From NCBI GenBank assembly GCA_012026655.1, contig JAAILG010000686.1:1-64000 (forward strand): a stretch of DNA of 64,000 nt, given 5' to 3'. Made by a program: the position numbers and the translations under genes. Under the pieces are notes generated by a model, which saw only the letters and a program-made list of their open reading frames with translations, made no database searches and was not told the DNA's origin. Positions 39,401 to 54,400 of the stretch are shown here, piece by piece (the stretch's first letter is position 1; each line of letters starts with the position of its first letter). This DNA is from Hydrolagus affinis. Lineage: Eukaryota.

Positions 39401-42400
39401 AGTTGAATTGCCAGCACGCTCCCTGATTCATTCACAAAATGTACCAAGGAGGCTAGAGAATAGAATGGAGAATGCAGAGCTCTCCGGTGGTGAAATTCTG
39501 AAATGATAGGCCGCACCACTGTGGATTTGAAGATCACTAGATATAGAATTGCTTTGAACAAGATGCTTTGGTGACCTATGGCATGGTGTCACCTAAATCA
39601 CTTGCTCCTTTGGGAATCGTATTTTTCTGTCAACTACAACAGTCTAGTCACATCTAATGACACTGTTTGGTCACTGCAAGACCCCTAATTTCTAATGTGG
39701 CAGCTATTGGTACACTGTATTTTGAGCACCCAATTTGGCTGCAACGTACCAAAACATCGACACAGTATTGAAGGGGCAATATAATGGCATAACTGTCTCA
39801 TGCGTATTTTCCCCTGGCTGCGGACTGCAGTAAGTTGTACAGTTCAAGGTGCAAGTCCTGGAGTCGCACTTAAATTCTCTCAGCCTGATAACATTCATCT
39901 CTTCTATGTTGGTTGTGCAAAAGAAATGGCATTATGCTGGGTTGCAGTTGAATTGCAGTGGGATGGGAAGGTGGGCGGCTGGATTTAGAAAGATGAATTG
40001 TCTGCTCTGTACGTGATGGATATGCCTTCTGGCAGCTAAACCCTGGACAGCATCAATCACAGTAACTGTCTTCTCACTCACCTGCCCAGGCATCACAACT
40101 GAAGCAGAGTGAGGACTACATTGAAGTGAGAGGCCTTGACAGGAAAGAAATGGTTTGCATTTTAAAATCCATTTGTGTAACATGGGCAGCTCTATGTTTG
40201 AAAGACTTGCATTGCAGTACTTCAATGTTAGTTTTAACTTCAGTCATTTTTGTTTCCTCAGAAATGTTATCTATGCCAGCCGTTAAAAGATTTTCTGTCT
40301 CGTTTGCAAAGCATCCGACTAATGGTATGTTTGCTTCTTTTCAATTATCCTTTACAATCTTAACTTTTTGATCTTTTTTGCATGTTTCTTAATCTTTAAA
40401 TATGCACTCGCCTTTTAAAAATCTTTTAAATGTCCACTTCAATCTTTGTCTTTTCTTGATTTCCCCCCCCCCCACCCTTTACAGATCTGATACCTTTGTT
40501 ATTATTGCAGGTTGTATTTCAGCACTTCCACAGCAAAAAAAAGCTTTAATAGAATCCAATGATACTTTTGTAAGATGGCACATTTTTAACCTTTTTCACT
40601 TCATTATGACGTTTCCTTTCTATGAGCTTCCCATCAGTACAAAATGACAATTACACAGCCAAATCATTTCGCTGATTGAAATTCAAACTGGCGTCCATTC
40701 GCCGTTCCTGATTCACTTTATTATCTTGAGACAACTATCTATCTCTCAGTAGTTTCATGATTTCATGTTTCCATCCAATAAGCTGGTTGGTCTTATTGGG
40801 CTGTACCTATAGGTCGAACCAACCTGCAACTTAACAAATCATAGATGTCTGTGGCAAAATCTGGAGGAATAGCAAAGAATGAAAATCGTTAATCATCAGA
40901 TCAGGCATTAGATCATCACAGAAAGATTCTTCAGAATGTCATACAGTAAAACCTGCACAAGTCTTATCTTTATAAATTGTATAAATGTCTTAAGCAGTAC
41001 ATTCAACCAAATCCCATTTAAAACTCTCAAAACCACATTGTTTTCTTCGCAGTATTTAGATTAATCATAACAGCGCTCACCGACCCTCTGTTACTCCCTC
41101 ACTTACCAGCTGCATTGAATCGTGGGAAACAGTCTTAATCCGATGATGCATGCGCAGATGAACTTCATTTTCCACAATTCAATGCGATTCCAACACTTGC
41201 CGGTGAGTGGGTATCAGGTGACAGGTCACCACACATTGAATGGCCCATGCGCATTTACAAGCTGCAGTGACAAACTATAACGAGCGCCTTACAAGCTGCA
41301 TTACATTATGCATGTGCAGTATAGATTATTGATAAATCGGATTATCCACGATTTATACAATATACTGCACCTCGCACTTCAAGCAAGTCATATTAAATGT
41401 TATGCTCCCGTATGATATGACATACATGAGTTTTACTGAAATTACAATAAATGCGGACATCCTTATTTATGGAGAGGACTCTCCCAACAAAACACAAAAT
41501 TGAGCAAAAATACACTTAGTTTCACTCATTCTTGGGAGGTGAGTGCCCTTGATGTGGGCAGCATTTATTACACATTTCTAACCGCCTCCTTCCTATGCAT
41601 CACCGTGTTGGTTCAGGGGGATGCATACAGGCAGCGCATCTTTCACTGCATCTGTTCAATGAGAACAGATTTACACCATGGATTTTAAACAAACAAAGTG
41701 TTAGATTTATATCGATAATTTTCTCATCCAAATTGGTTGATCTCAGACAGTTCAGCATTAAGTTGCCCTTGGAACCTCTGGGTTTGGGAATGGCAGATCA
41801 GTCAGCATTCCTCCTGCTGATCCCTTTGTGTGGACCTTCCCTTCGAAAGGACGAGTATGGCAGTTGTGTGTAGGCATGATCCACCATGTTATTGAGTGCG
41901 TTAGTCAAATACTCTGCCAATGTTAAGTCTAGGCTCACACATGAAAAATTTCCATCGGGTCTGAGTGTATTTGGAGCGGCACCCCTGTACAACTAGAAAG
42001 GTGTTGGAATACATTTGGGGAGGGGAATCGATTGGTGAGAAGAGTGAAAGGGAAACTTTTCATTTTCAAATATGTATAAATTATTCTTACTTATTTCAAG
42101 CAAAGCCAACCTCTTCGCTGATCCTCCATGTGGAAATGTAACACATTGTAATCCACTCAAATTTGCCATTGCCTGTGTTCTCTTTCATTTATTAAACCAA
42201 AGAGGCTGCAAACACTTTGAACACACTTAACAGAACTAATCTCTCAATGAAATTGGTTCAGAAATATTGATTCAAATCTTTATTGCACAACTATATTTAA
42301 TCTAAAAGGTGGTTTTCAGCTTATGTGCATGATCCTAGGTAGGTCATGGGTCACTTTTTCTATTTCATTTTGGTATTAATACTCTCTGGAATTAGATAAG

Positions 42401-45400
42401 CAGGGTGCGTCCCTCCAAGCAGAGAGTTTGCATTCTATTCCAATAAATATTTCTGGAATTTCCATGTGTAGGTGGGAGGTGTCCAACTCTGTTTAGTTTG
42501 ATACTCTTAAACATGGTGAAGGGTTTCCATATGTATTTTTTCTAAATCTCCCTTTCTCTCCCAAACAATTTTTTTTAGCATATTATTTCACCCTAGCCAA
42601 CCTACGCCTGTGTATGTGTGTGAGTGAGACACAGTTGCATTCGCAAATGAGATCATGCATACATTCACATATTCCACATGTTCCAGCAATGGATCACTGG
42701 ATAGCAATAAGGAAAGGGAAACTTCTCACCCCTTTTTTGTAACTGGTTATACCAGTACCCGCCAGTGCCATTCTGTTGATTGACTGTTAATTGGAATTGA
42801 ACCAATCCGAGCTTTCTGGTGTCTGTGGCGCAGAAACTCACTGATCAATTAGGGCAGCCCAATCTTCATGTTTTGGACAGTGGGTATACAATAACTTTGA
42901 CTACAATATTGAGCTCATATTTGTGCTGTGTTATGTAACTGACGTATTTTGCAAGTGTTGCGCAGTGCAAGTTGCCTGGGTTTTCGGGCTACACTGAATT
43001 CACTGTATATCCTGCAAGACGAAAATACTTCAGATTCATTGATTGATCAGTGCGAGCATAAGGATTACAGACATTTGCTTTGCTCCAGTGTGTAAATGCT
43101 TCCGGGAGTAGAAATCCAAATGAGAATTATGAGATTACCTTCAGCTTCAGCGCAAATTTTTTTTACATAAAACACGTTTGATCTGCACTGTCATTCCTAT
43201 CCAAGGCTGTTGATTCTCATCCAGAGGAAACAATAGATTTAGATTAAATTTGGGGTAGCAGGTGTTGTTAGACTGCTTGGATTTGTATCATTTGTTGGCA
43301 AGTGAAGTAGGCTTTTTTCCCTTTGATCACTAAGTGTGTTTCAAGATTACTTCATCACATGATGTGGAGTCAACACTCTGTGAGAACAAGATTGTATGGA
43401 TGCTCAATGCTCTTGTGCATGCCAGTCTTCTCTGATAAGATGATGCAGCAACTGGATATCAACAAAGTATTTTTTACAGTATTTGATATTTTATTACCAT
43501 GACTCAAAAGCGCTTGTTGCATTTGTGAAATACGGTACATTGATTCCGGATCACTTTGATTTATTGGGGGCTACTCTAAACCTGTGGCATTTAATTTGAG
43601 GTATTTCAAGGTTGAGGAACCTAATATTGTGTAAGCTGTACTGTTGAAATCCATTAGATATTACATTAATGGTGGAGTTTATGCCACACCTAGAAACAAT
43701 CAGCACATAAAACTGGATATTAACAGCACAGGCGATCGCAGTAATGTTATGTAAACCTCAAAGTGGTGCAGTTTGTATTTAACAAAGATTTTTAAAAAAG
43801 GATCCTTCACTGTGGTAATTGTAGCATGACTGGCTGAGACTGATTTACTATTTAGATGATTTGTGGATAATTTAGTTATGAGGATTGTGTATCTGAGCCA
43901 TTGTGCCCAACACCACCAACCACCTAGAGATTCTGCTTCAATTTCAATCTCTGCCATTCATTGGCTGAGCTTAGTGTCCATCAAACTACATTTAAATATG
44001 AACAGATTGCCAGAAAAAGAAATGTGTTAGTTGGATACAGTTCAAGTACATGTTTTTGGGACATCCACCTGACCAGAAAGGCGCTATCCAAATATAATTT
44101 TGTTGTTAGCTCTATATCTGTGGTATATTATTATTTCCTCTGATGTCTGAGATTCTTTGACCAATTACAGTTGCACGTTTATAATTTTATTTATTGGTAA
44201 CTGTCCTTTTGCTGTCTTTATTTTGTACGCTACTGGTGCCCGCTCCCCAGACCTGCTTGGTGATCATCACGTGGCCCAGTTGCTAAGACGGTGTTCAGCC
44301 GACAACAGTTTTGCCCAGAACTTTGCCCTTGACGGTGCCTTGGCCCGGCACCTCCACCAGTGCTCGTACCACCTCCGGCTCTTCAAGAACTGGCTGATCT
44401 CTGGGCAGGATGACTTTGACTGCCTCTACGGTATCGCGTGCTTGTTGCTGCACGGTTGGCTTTAAATGAATTTCTCAGGCCATTGCAGCTTGGAAATGTA
44501 GATGTGCCACTGAGCTTTGCCAAACACAGATTTGTTCTTGCCTCCATATACACTGCTAGGAGCCTGCAGCCACTGCTGTCCCCACAGAGGGAGAATTGCT
44601 GACTGCATTTGAAGCCTGGATATAAAATGTTTTCCGATAAAATAGATAACTTTACAGGTTAAAAATCAGACTACATATCACGCAAGGTCTGCAATATTGA
44701 GTACTGTAATTTACTCACATTTCTGCATGCTATAGAAATATACATAGAAAATTAATAAGGCTATAAAACGCAGAAATTGAACTTTGTGAGAACCCATCTG
44801 ACTATCATCATTTCTAGGCACAGATCCAATGCTTTTACTTACCTAGTGATGTTTTTTAAGTCTGATTTTTAGCATGTAAAACCGTGTGCTATTGTCTGTT
44901 CAAGAATATTGACGCTGACGTTTCCTCTCTTCTGCTGGGTGCAAGCTACTCAGAGGTGTCTGGAGGCAGGAGTCTTGCAGCTCATTCTTGGCAGTGTTTA
45001 GAGTAAGAGTCGAAATGCTCTTGTTGTTTGTGCCTGGCTTTTTTCCAGCAGGCTTTGCGCTACAGTGATCGAAATTAAACATTGGCGGATATCGAGAATT
45101 GTTTTGCCAGTGATTTTGTGACCAGCAGACAAGTACACTAGATCACATTTAAAAAGGAAGGCAATGTCATAAAAATACAGTATCCAAACTTTAACTTTAG
45201 AGCAATAGAACTCATCAAAGTTAGGGAATATTGCTTTCAATCCATTTTGATTTTTTTAAGGTATTAAAAGTTTCTTAAATCGAAGCAAAGCAATCCCTTT
45301 TGTATTTATATCCGAGTTGGCTTCAGGCCATCCTAGCAATTGTAACATTGCAATAGTGCAAATGTGAAGATCAGGGACTATCTATTTAAAATAAAATCCC

Positions 45401-48400
45401 TGAATAAAAACAATCTCAGTCACCCATGCTCTGACTCTCCATGCTCTGATGGGGTGGCTTGTACTTTTTTTAAGTAAAATGTTTCCGTTCTGTTAACACA
45501 AAACGGGGTTGTACAGCTTGAAATGAAGATACCACACAGATATTCTCTCCTGAGTGTCTGTGCTTCCCAATTAGCCAGCAGCCTCTTTCAACTGCAAGTG
45601 TCTATCATAATTTGCTTACAGCAGATTAAAGAGCCTTAGTTCCACTTGCATGACTCATTTGTGATCTCTACACCTACTGAGGTAGTTGCATAAAATCATA
45701 GAATGTCACAGCAAACAAATGGTGATTCAGCCCATTAAATCTCTGGTTATCGCCACATGAACCAACTAATCTAATCCTACTCTCCTGGTTGCTTCCCATA
45801 CCCTTTAATATTCCTCTATTCGAACATCTGTCTAATTCTCTTTTAAACTGTCTGGGCTTTGCCTCAACAGTTCGTGGCAGAGAATAAATGCTACATTCCA
45901 ACCACCCAACTGTGTGAAGGCACTTTCTCCTAACAATCCTTTTAAATCTTTTTGTAATTCTCTTGGATCCCTCGTCACCTTGCTGAATGTGTTTGTGAAG
46001 TGTAGCCTTGTTACTGCCTGATCTGCCTGATAAAAAGATATTGGATGTTTTGTATAGTTTTATTAATATTAGTGCAGTGTTGGTATTAGTGCACTCAGTT
46101 TGGCTGACCATTGTGTGAAAAGGAGAGTGATCACAGGTTAGGAAAAAATGAAGTGCAATCGCCAGAAATAGGCTCTTATCCAGTCATTTAATTTTGAACT
46201 CTGTAGCTGGTGTATGAGCTCCAAGGCAACCATGGTTTATCTGTTGAGGTTTCCTTTTTGAGTGTAATGGCTGTATGAATGCCAAAAAATCTAGCATAAC
46301 TAGCACGAAATGGGAGCAAACCAGCATGGCTTGTTCATTCATCTAAGTTTAATAAATATGAGACTCTACGCTGACAATTTTATTGTAAACGTCTATCATT
46401 TGTCCTGAGTTAGTGATTTGCAACATTCCCCATAATATTTATCAGTATTATTTATGCCTAGAAATGAATCCCATGTTGTCGACTAGTATAAAAACTTAAA
46501 TATTGTATTGTTTTGGATGCTAAATTTAACATTTACTGATAATCTGTTTCTCTCAAAAGCTGTATTGCATGGTAGTCTGTCACACGATGTCTGATTTTCT
46601 GAATGATCTGTTTAGAAGTTGGATAAATAGAGGGGAGTGGTCCTTTGTTCCTTAGTGAGCAATAGTAATTCACAGAACAACAGAACCAAATGGTGGACCT
46701 GTGAAATGGTTATATTGAGGATCCTTCTTTAATCAGGGTTGAATTATTCACCCAAGTGTGGGTCTGTGCTGATTCAGGAATTGTTTTGTTCATTTTGCTA
46801 ATTATAGATCAGTTTCTAAAGCTGTTAACTTGGTGATGGTAATTTGATGTTTACTGTAGCTTTGAAGCAGAAATCCTCATTCCAGAAATAAAAATGAATG
46901 AAAGTTTATTTATTTTAATCAATGTCTGATTCTGCTGTTATTAAGAAACTAGTCTATTTCCGTAACATTTCCAAAATTGACCAACATAATATTCTGCTTG
47001 TAAAAGACTGAACCCATTGATCACTCCCCTCTCTTTTGGTATAAGAACAGTCTGTTGAAGAACTGCATAAAATATATAAAAGGTGCCCAAAATAAAGTCC
47101 TTTGCAGCTGAAAGAAAATAAATAGTTGTCTTTTTGTTAATGTCCATGAGCATTACAAGTTGATGATTTTCTCTATGCTTTGTGCTCTCTGGAATCATTA
47201 AGAATGTGTGCCCGTAGTCCCTTATTAGCTATCAACAATAGTAGCCTATGAGCTGGGCTGGGTTACCCTGGTATAGCCCTGCAAGCGAGAGAAACATCAA
47301 TTTAAAATTTGAATCATTGCACATTACTGAAGAAGTTTAGCTGTTGTTTAGACAGAAAACGAAAAAATGTTCATGTAGAATTTACAACAACCGCACAAAC
47401 TGCCTGAGATTGAAAAGCGAGTGCAATGGGTCAGTCAGCTTCTCAAAGAGAGAAAGCCAGGTTAATGTCTCGGGAAATCGAGATGATTCACTTCTGAAGT
47501 GTTGAGCCCTCTTTCTCTCTCCATTGCTGATTGGCTTGTTATACATTTTTATTTGATGCCTGAAACTTTGTGTAAAGCACTCTCCTGCTGAGAGGCAGTG
47601 TTGCATGTGGAATGCTAGTGGATTTGTAGTTTGTCATATACCAGTGTGTGTGTGTGTTTTGCTCTGGTTTTGTTGCCATCACTTTTCTATTGATTCAGAC
47701 GGTTGCCTCATTAGTGGCTTTGGGATTGCATGTGTCACATTGTGAAATGTTGCAGCAGATTTGTCTTGCATTGGAGTTTGCATTGATGTGAGCTTAGCCC
47801 AGTTTATATGGATTGTGGAGTGTAAATGCTTTGCAATGTATAGTTGTTGTTTGTTTTGTTCGACCTTGTCATTGGTGTATCTTACCTGAAATATATATTT
47901 TTAGTCTTGTTGAAACATAACCTGAAGATATATCGTACATAATATACTTATTCTGCCAAATAATTGCGATGTTATATTGATATTTAGCTCCATTGTTTCT
48001 CATGTTATTTTTAAGTTGGTCACTTATCTAAATGCATCGCCATCTTAGGTTACATAAATCAGGCATTTGATACCATAAATTTTGGCTAGTGCAATAAATT
48101 GTATGTGCATATATAATGTTACATCATTCATATTCTAGAACAATATCTTACTGGGCAATGTCTTGGTCCAAGTGATAACCTTGGTATGCTTTCTTCACAT
48201 TTCCTATAATTTTTATCAAGGGTTAGCAATGAATTTCATGATGTCTATTATATTGCAATAAACCGATGGTTCTTGCATGTAAACCAATGAGCGCCAGCTG
48301 GAAGCATCTTTGACTCAGTTACTCAGCAGCAAACATTGTTTAGCAGAATGTGTGTCCCATTCTCCTTTTCCTCACCACAATGATTTAGGGACATTCAACT

Positions 48401-51400
48401 GGCTTCAAAAAATGTTAAGAATTTGGTACTCGCAGGGTACGTTTGTTTAGTTCTTTGGAATTGGCTGTGTTAGAGGAGAACATTGACCTCTCTGGCAACA
48501 TACCTTGAACATCAGAAAACATGGGATAAAAAAGATTATTCTAGGCAAACCCTACTGTCCACTCCATATACTGTACCATCATATGCACTTTATGCTGGCA
48601 AATAGCTTAGAAACTTTGCATTCTCCAAAGGCAAACAAACACCACAATGTTCCCCATGCCTCATGGACAGTGAGATAATTGTATCCCATAGACTATTTCA
48701 ACCTGCAGTAATCTCTAAAATCTCCCTGCCAGTTAAGTCACTCCGATTTTTTAGAGTTAATTAACACAACATCATCTGTTTTTGATGGAATATGTTCCAC
48801 ACACCCATTATTTGTGGGAAGATTCCGCCTCCCTCTAAACCTCAAACTACTGTTTGAGAAGAATTTCCCACAGTATATGAAGATTCAGTTATTTAGTTAC
48901 TTAGAACAATTTCTGATTTATCTTCCACCTATGCTGCTTTCCTTCCTTCCCACTTGACACTGTTCCTTTTTTTAAAAAAAGAAAATGTTCTTGTATGTTA
49001 CTCGGCTACAATTATTGGAAGGTGGAAGAATTTAAATTGCTAAAAGTATTTTTTTTTAAAAAAAGGTAAAATGAAACCGTGAATTCCTTCTGTATTTCCC
49101 CATGTTTATTATCTGGCATCTCTGGCAACAAGCGGTCAACCATAAACGAGGTGAGTATACTACTTATGGGCCATGGGGAGGCAAACTGGTGGTGTGGAGT
49201 GAAAACCTTTCAAAGGACGAGTATCCCTAGTGATTTTCTTCTGAAGGATCGCCCGTCTCTTACCTATGTGTATGTGAAGGAATACGTATTTCGGAGAGTG
49301 AGAAAGGCTGCGTGCACCAAGAGGTGAGTAGTGTACTTTCTGAACATGCCCTACAGTGCTTCATACAAGTGTGAAGCTTTCCTATTGATGTATGACTGCC
49401 TAAATAAAATATTTTTATTTCTGTCTTTAGTATTGAATCCCTGATAGAAAAATACTAGAAACAGTGCAAAGATAAAACTAGAATGGGAGATTGAATAAGA
49501 TTTAGATGTTCTTTTGCAACAATGGATCTATTATATGCAAAGGCAACCTGATCTAGCCACATTTTTCTTTTGATTCAATGAAATTAATCTAGTTCTAAAG
49601 CTGGAAAAAAGCCGCCTGAGAATGTGACTTCCCAAGCCATCACATTGGATGTAGACTTTGGTGATATTACTTGTAGAGAAACGAAGGTCAGACTAGTCCT
49701 CTTATTCCTGCTATGAAATAAACAAGTTGTTCAATTAAAACCATATCCGAATCTGAAACTGATGCAGTACTGTATATAGGATTGTGCTACATATTGTGAA
49801 TTATTCATTACATTCCAAAAATGTCTAGCCATTTCCTATCAACATCTACGAGTGGTCGGATGTGGAATGATGCAACAGTGGAAAGGAAAATATTGGGCAA
49901 TTACTGATTATGTCTACACTTCCTATTATACACATTCCTGTCACTGGGAGGTAGGCTGGCATGGTTGGTATCTCAGTATATCGGACCTCCCTTTGGTTCC
50001 CCAGTCTTGGAAACTTCAATATTTGCTTTCTGCGTTATTTTTAAATTGCTATGTCCGCTAATGTGCAGTAGTATACTGGCAAACATGGCTATTTCAAAAT
50101 ATATTTCACATAGTTTTATGAAACTTTATGTGAACTCAATTGCACTATGGTTGGCTTCTGTCTTTCATCCACAAAATATACAGTCAATTCACTTAACAGT
50201 ATATTATGTGAAGCACTTTGAGACGTCTCGCAGACATGATAAGGTGCAATATCAAATGCAAGGATTATTATTATTACAGCTTTGTAATACACTCCCAGGC
50301 TAGCTATTCTTCCTGATGAGCTTCCCAGGGCGCAATCCGCTGAGGACGTTTGGGACAATGTGTCTGGACAGTGCTTTATACCTTTTGTCAAATCTGCTTT
50401 TTCAGACACTTTTCAAATCTTTACTCTGATAGAATCTGGAGATTTACAATATGTTAAGTGCTCTACTTGTCATCTGAATAACTTAATGTACTTAATATGC
50501 AATGTGTTAATCAGACTCTAATAATACCTGACACCATTTTGAATGTCTGCTGGTCATTCTAAAGAAAAAGTGGACCTCACACTGGCAACTGGTATAAAGC
50601 AAGACTGATACAGTAGTGGTGTGTAAGGTGCTTTTTTTGAAGGGGGAAAAAAAGCAAGCAATCATTGCGACAATCTTCCATTACCTCTAATGGAAGATAC
50701 ACACTCCAGTGGTGAAACGTTGCCTCTCTGTCTGAAAGTGGCTGTCCCAGTGCCACTCTAGTTAGTGGGTAGTAAGGTCTGCTTCCTCCTTTGTGGCTGA
50801 GCAACTGCTAGTTTTCCCTGATGGTCCAAAGGATGTTGCTATCCTGGGAATCTGCCTCTAGAATTCTTTAGCACAGTGGCCTGCAAATAAATTGTATGGC
50901 TCTAATACAACAAGATTACTGTTCGTATTCAATCCTGTAATACTTTCTCAAAGCACTATCCCAACCATCTGTTCTGATTTGTGGTTAATGTCCTATTCTG
51001 ACCTTCCTCCTGGAGTTAAATCACCTGATGCCGCATTTCAGATCAATTGCATTCAACCCCAAAATCTTCACCTCCAGTGTGAGGAGGAATGGAGCTCCAG
51101 TCTCAAAACCCATTAGCTCTGAGGTTTTGAAATTTTAGACCTACTACCACATAAAAAAAACTGCATTACTAGAAGCATCTAGTTCCAGAAAAGTATTGAG
51201 TATGCCTCCAATATCTGGACAGCTGCCAAAAATAAATGAGGCACCTTTTTTGTGCTTGAGGGAATTGAATGGGTTGAAACACCCAAACTTAATGGAATGA
51301 CCCTCTGATTTTAAAGTCCTTTGATTGTCTCCATAAGTTGATGATAACAGACCTTTACCATAATAAGAGTTATTGGTTTATAAAATCTGCCAATTATTCA

Positions 51401-54400
51401 AGGATTTTAATTATGAATAGTCCTATAGGATTACCTTGTGCACTAATCACATAATCAGACATTTGTGCTCACAGCTGTTCAATCAATCTGCCAATGTTTC
51501 CTTTCGTTCTTCAAACTGACTTCTAGCCATTAATCACTTTAATGGTCTAGATCCATAATTTTCCCCAAGCTCCTCACCCAAACTGATGAAAGTACAATGC
51601 AAANNNNNNNNNNNNNNNNNNNNNNNNNNNNNNNNNNNNNNNNNNNNNNNNNNNNNNNNNNNNNNNNNNNNNNNNNNNNNNNNNNNNNNNNNNNNNNNNN
51701 NNNTTTGTAATTTATAATTGTCATTTCTGAAAGGTTACAAATGGCACTGCCAATTTGAAGTAAATTCACAAGATTCAACCGCAGATAATATGTTGCTGAC
51801 CTGTCGGTGAACAATGTTAATTGCAACAATTAGCACATTTGCCTTGATCAGTTTAATCAGATTAGCTTTTGGAAACCTCTCCAACCAAACTAATGATCGA
51901 GAGAAAAAAGGAAGAGAAGGATTGATGTAATTTGGGGCTTCTTGAAGCACAAAATCAGCAATATCCGGGCTGCTCCTCAAATGAGTTAGATTTAAATGAA
52001 CAGAACCATAAAATCTTGATGGATTTGGTCATAGACTCTACCTCACTACAGGGGATAATTTCTCTAATTTTTCTCCTCTGTATAGGTTTTTAACCAAATG
52101 CCTATATTTTAATTTGCAACCCTTAAGTAACCAGTGATGATTTTTAATAAAACTGCGATAAACTGGCTTCATGGACCCATACTATATTTTAAATTTAGCT
52201 CGTGTCTTACCCACGGAGTTTCCCTATAGACTGGTTTAACTTTTTCTTTTTTTGACAAATTTGATATTCAAGATGTTCGAGATATTCAGAGCTATCACAA
52301 AAGAGTCAACTGACCTTTAAAGGAGAAACATAATTTAGTGTAGTTAGCCACACAAATATATAATCAATTCACTTTGCAGCATATTCTGTGAAGCGCTTTG
52401 CGACGTCTCAAAGACGTGATAAGGTGCTACACCAAATGTAAGGATTATTATTATAGTGTTTTCTATACTGACAACAAATACTATTTTTAGAGTCCACTTG
52501 TCCATAGTAGGGAAGTGTGTTTTCACATTGTTAACTCATGTCAATGATAGCGAAGGTTGTAAGTGTATGCTCCTTCCAAATGATGTTTCAGAAGTTTGTT
52601 TCTACTGTTAAATGTAGGTATGTTCTTGAAGTGTGCTTATGGTGGTGTGATACGTGCAGCTTTGTATACAGGCTTTCGCAACAGGTAATGTGCTGCATTT
52701 GCCTGGCTCATTTTGGTTTGGCTCATTGACTGCCTTTGTCTTATCAAATAATTCTAAAGTTGGGTTAAAAATATAGGTTTTAGTTTCAACCATTAGAGCT
52801 CTGATGAGTTGGATGGACATTTTGTAAAATTAGTTCATTTTGGGTGTCATCTTTCCTTTTCCCTCCTTTATTCAGGTTTTGAAGGATGCTCCATGGTACC
52901 TTCCATCTACCCCCTGGAAACACTCCACAACTCTCTCTCCTTGAAGCAGGTGGATGAATTTCTCTCGTCCATTTCAAAAATTTGTAGCATGAATCGCACT
53001 GGATCTTCAACAGGTAAATGATGCACTTTTACTTGTGAACTCTGCTTGTGCTTTTCAATCTATTTCGCTGTGAAGCTTCACCCATCCATATCTCTTAAGA
53101 ACAATGTCCAGGTGTTTGCTTGGACTAAGATCCAATGATTTAAATTACTGTACTGCCTTTGTATCATACTGCCAGGCATCTGCTATTTTACTTAGTGGGG
53201 TTCAGTTGGTGAATAGTTTTGTTTGATTTCTGCATTTTATTTATATTGATATTTTGAAGCGCTCTGAGATGCCGTCCGGCGTGGAGGGCGCTATATAAAT
53301 CCATGTTGTTGTTGTTGATGGAGCCTGTTTTACCCTACAGCACTTTCATCTATGTTTGAAACCATGGGAAGTAGCCAGCCTGTGGTTGATGCCTACATAC
53401 CTCAGCAAGTCCTGTCTTCATCTGTTGCCTCCTTGTCATTGCGTCCTCGCTCTGATAAACCTGCATGGTGTGAGTAACCTTCTTTTAAAATCACAAAGCT
53501 TTTGGTGTAAATCATTCTGTCCGTATGTGCAGGTTTCAGCTACCAAATGTGTGGACATCAAAATTGGATTTGGGGATAGGGGAATTGGGACTCATTATAC
53601 AAAAAGGCTGGATTGGGAATCAGGGCATCAGTACCTAAAGTGATGACTAAAATGTCTAAAATATTAGATTGAGATTGATACCCTCTTTGTATAAAATAAT
53701 GCCATCTTTGTATGGAAACAATATTTTAAATTAAAAAATTGGCATATTTAGGTAGAATATTGTGTTAGAGCATTGAAATGCGATGGAAAAGTCATCTTTG
53801 TTCGGTTTCAGGGCAGTATTGGATAAGTAGGCACATTGATCTTGTAAATTGTATTATATCTTGAGTTTAAGACACATTAAGCATTGGTGGGGAAACATTA
53901 ACAAAGCGTTTTCTGTCCAGAAAAAAAAGTGATTGTGTATATCTACAGAAAGGTATGGATACTTCAGGACATGGACAGATGCAATATTGTAGCTTTTAAT
54001 AGTTCTTTCCCTCTCTATTTGCTTTTCACTTATTTATATCTGTTGAATCCTGAAATACAGATAGCAGTGGTCCCTCAAGTACCGTGTCAAGTGCTGGCCC
54101 ATCATCTCCCAACACGTCTGACAATTCCCCGAGATTTAGCTTCAGTGAGAAGTCATCACTTACATCTCAGAGTAGTGAAGAACAGCAGCACTGTGGACAG
54201 CAAATTACTCCAAGTCAACAGATGTGTCAGAGTCAATCAACACCAAGTATCCAGGGCAACCAGGGACAAACCACACAATGCATCCAGAGTCAACCAGTAA
54301 CTCCAAGTCTGAACCAACCTAAACACCGTGCTCAGGTCATCCAGGGGCAAGCAGTAACTTCTAGCCCGAGCCAACCAACACTTGACACTCAGGAGAACCG

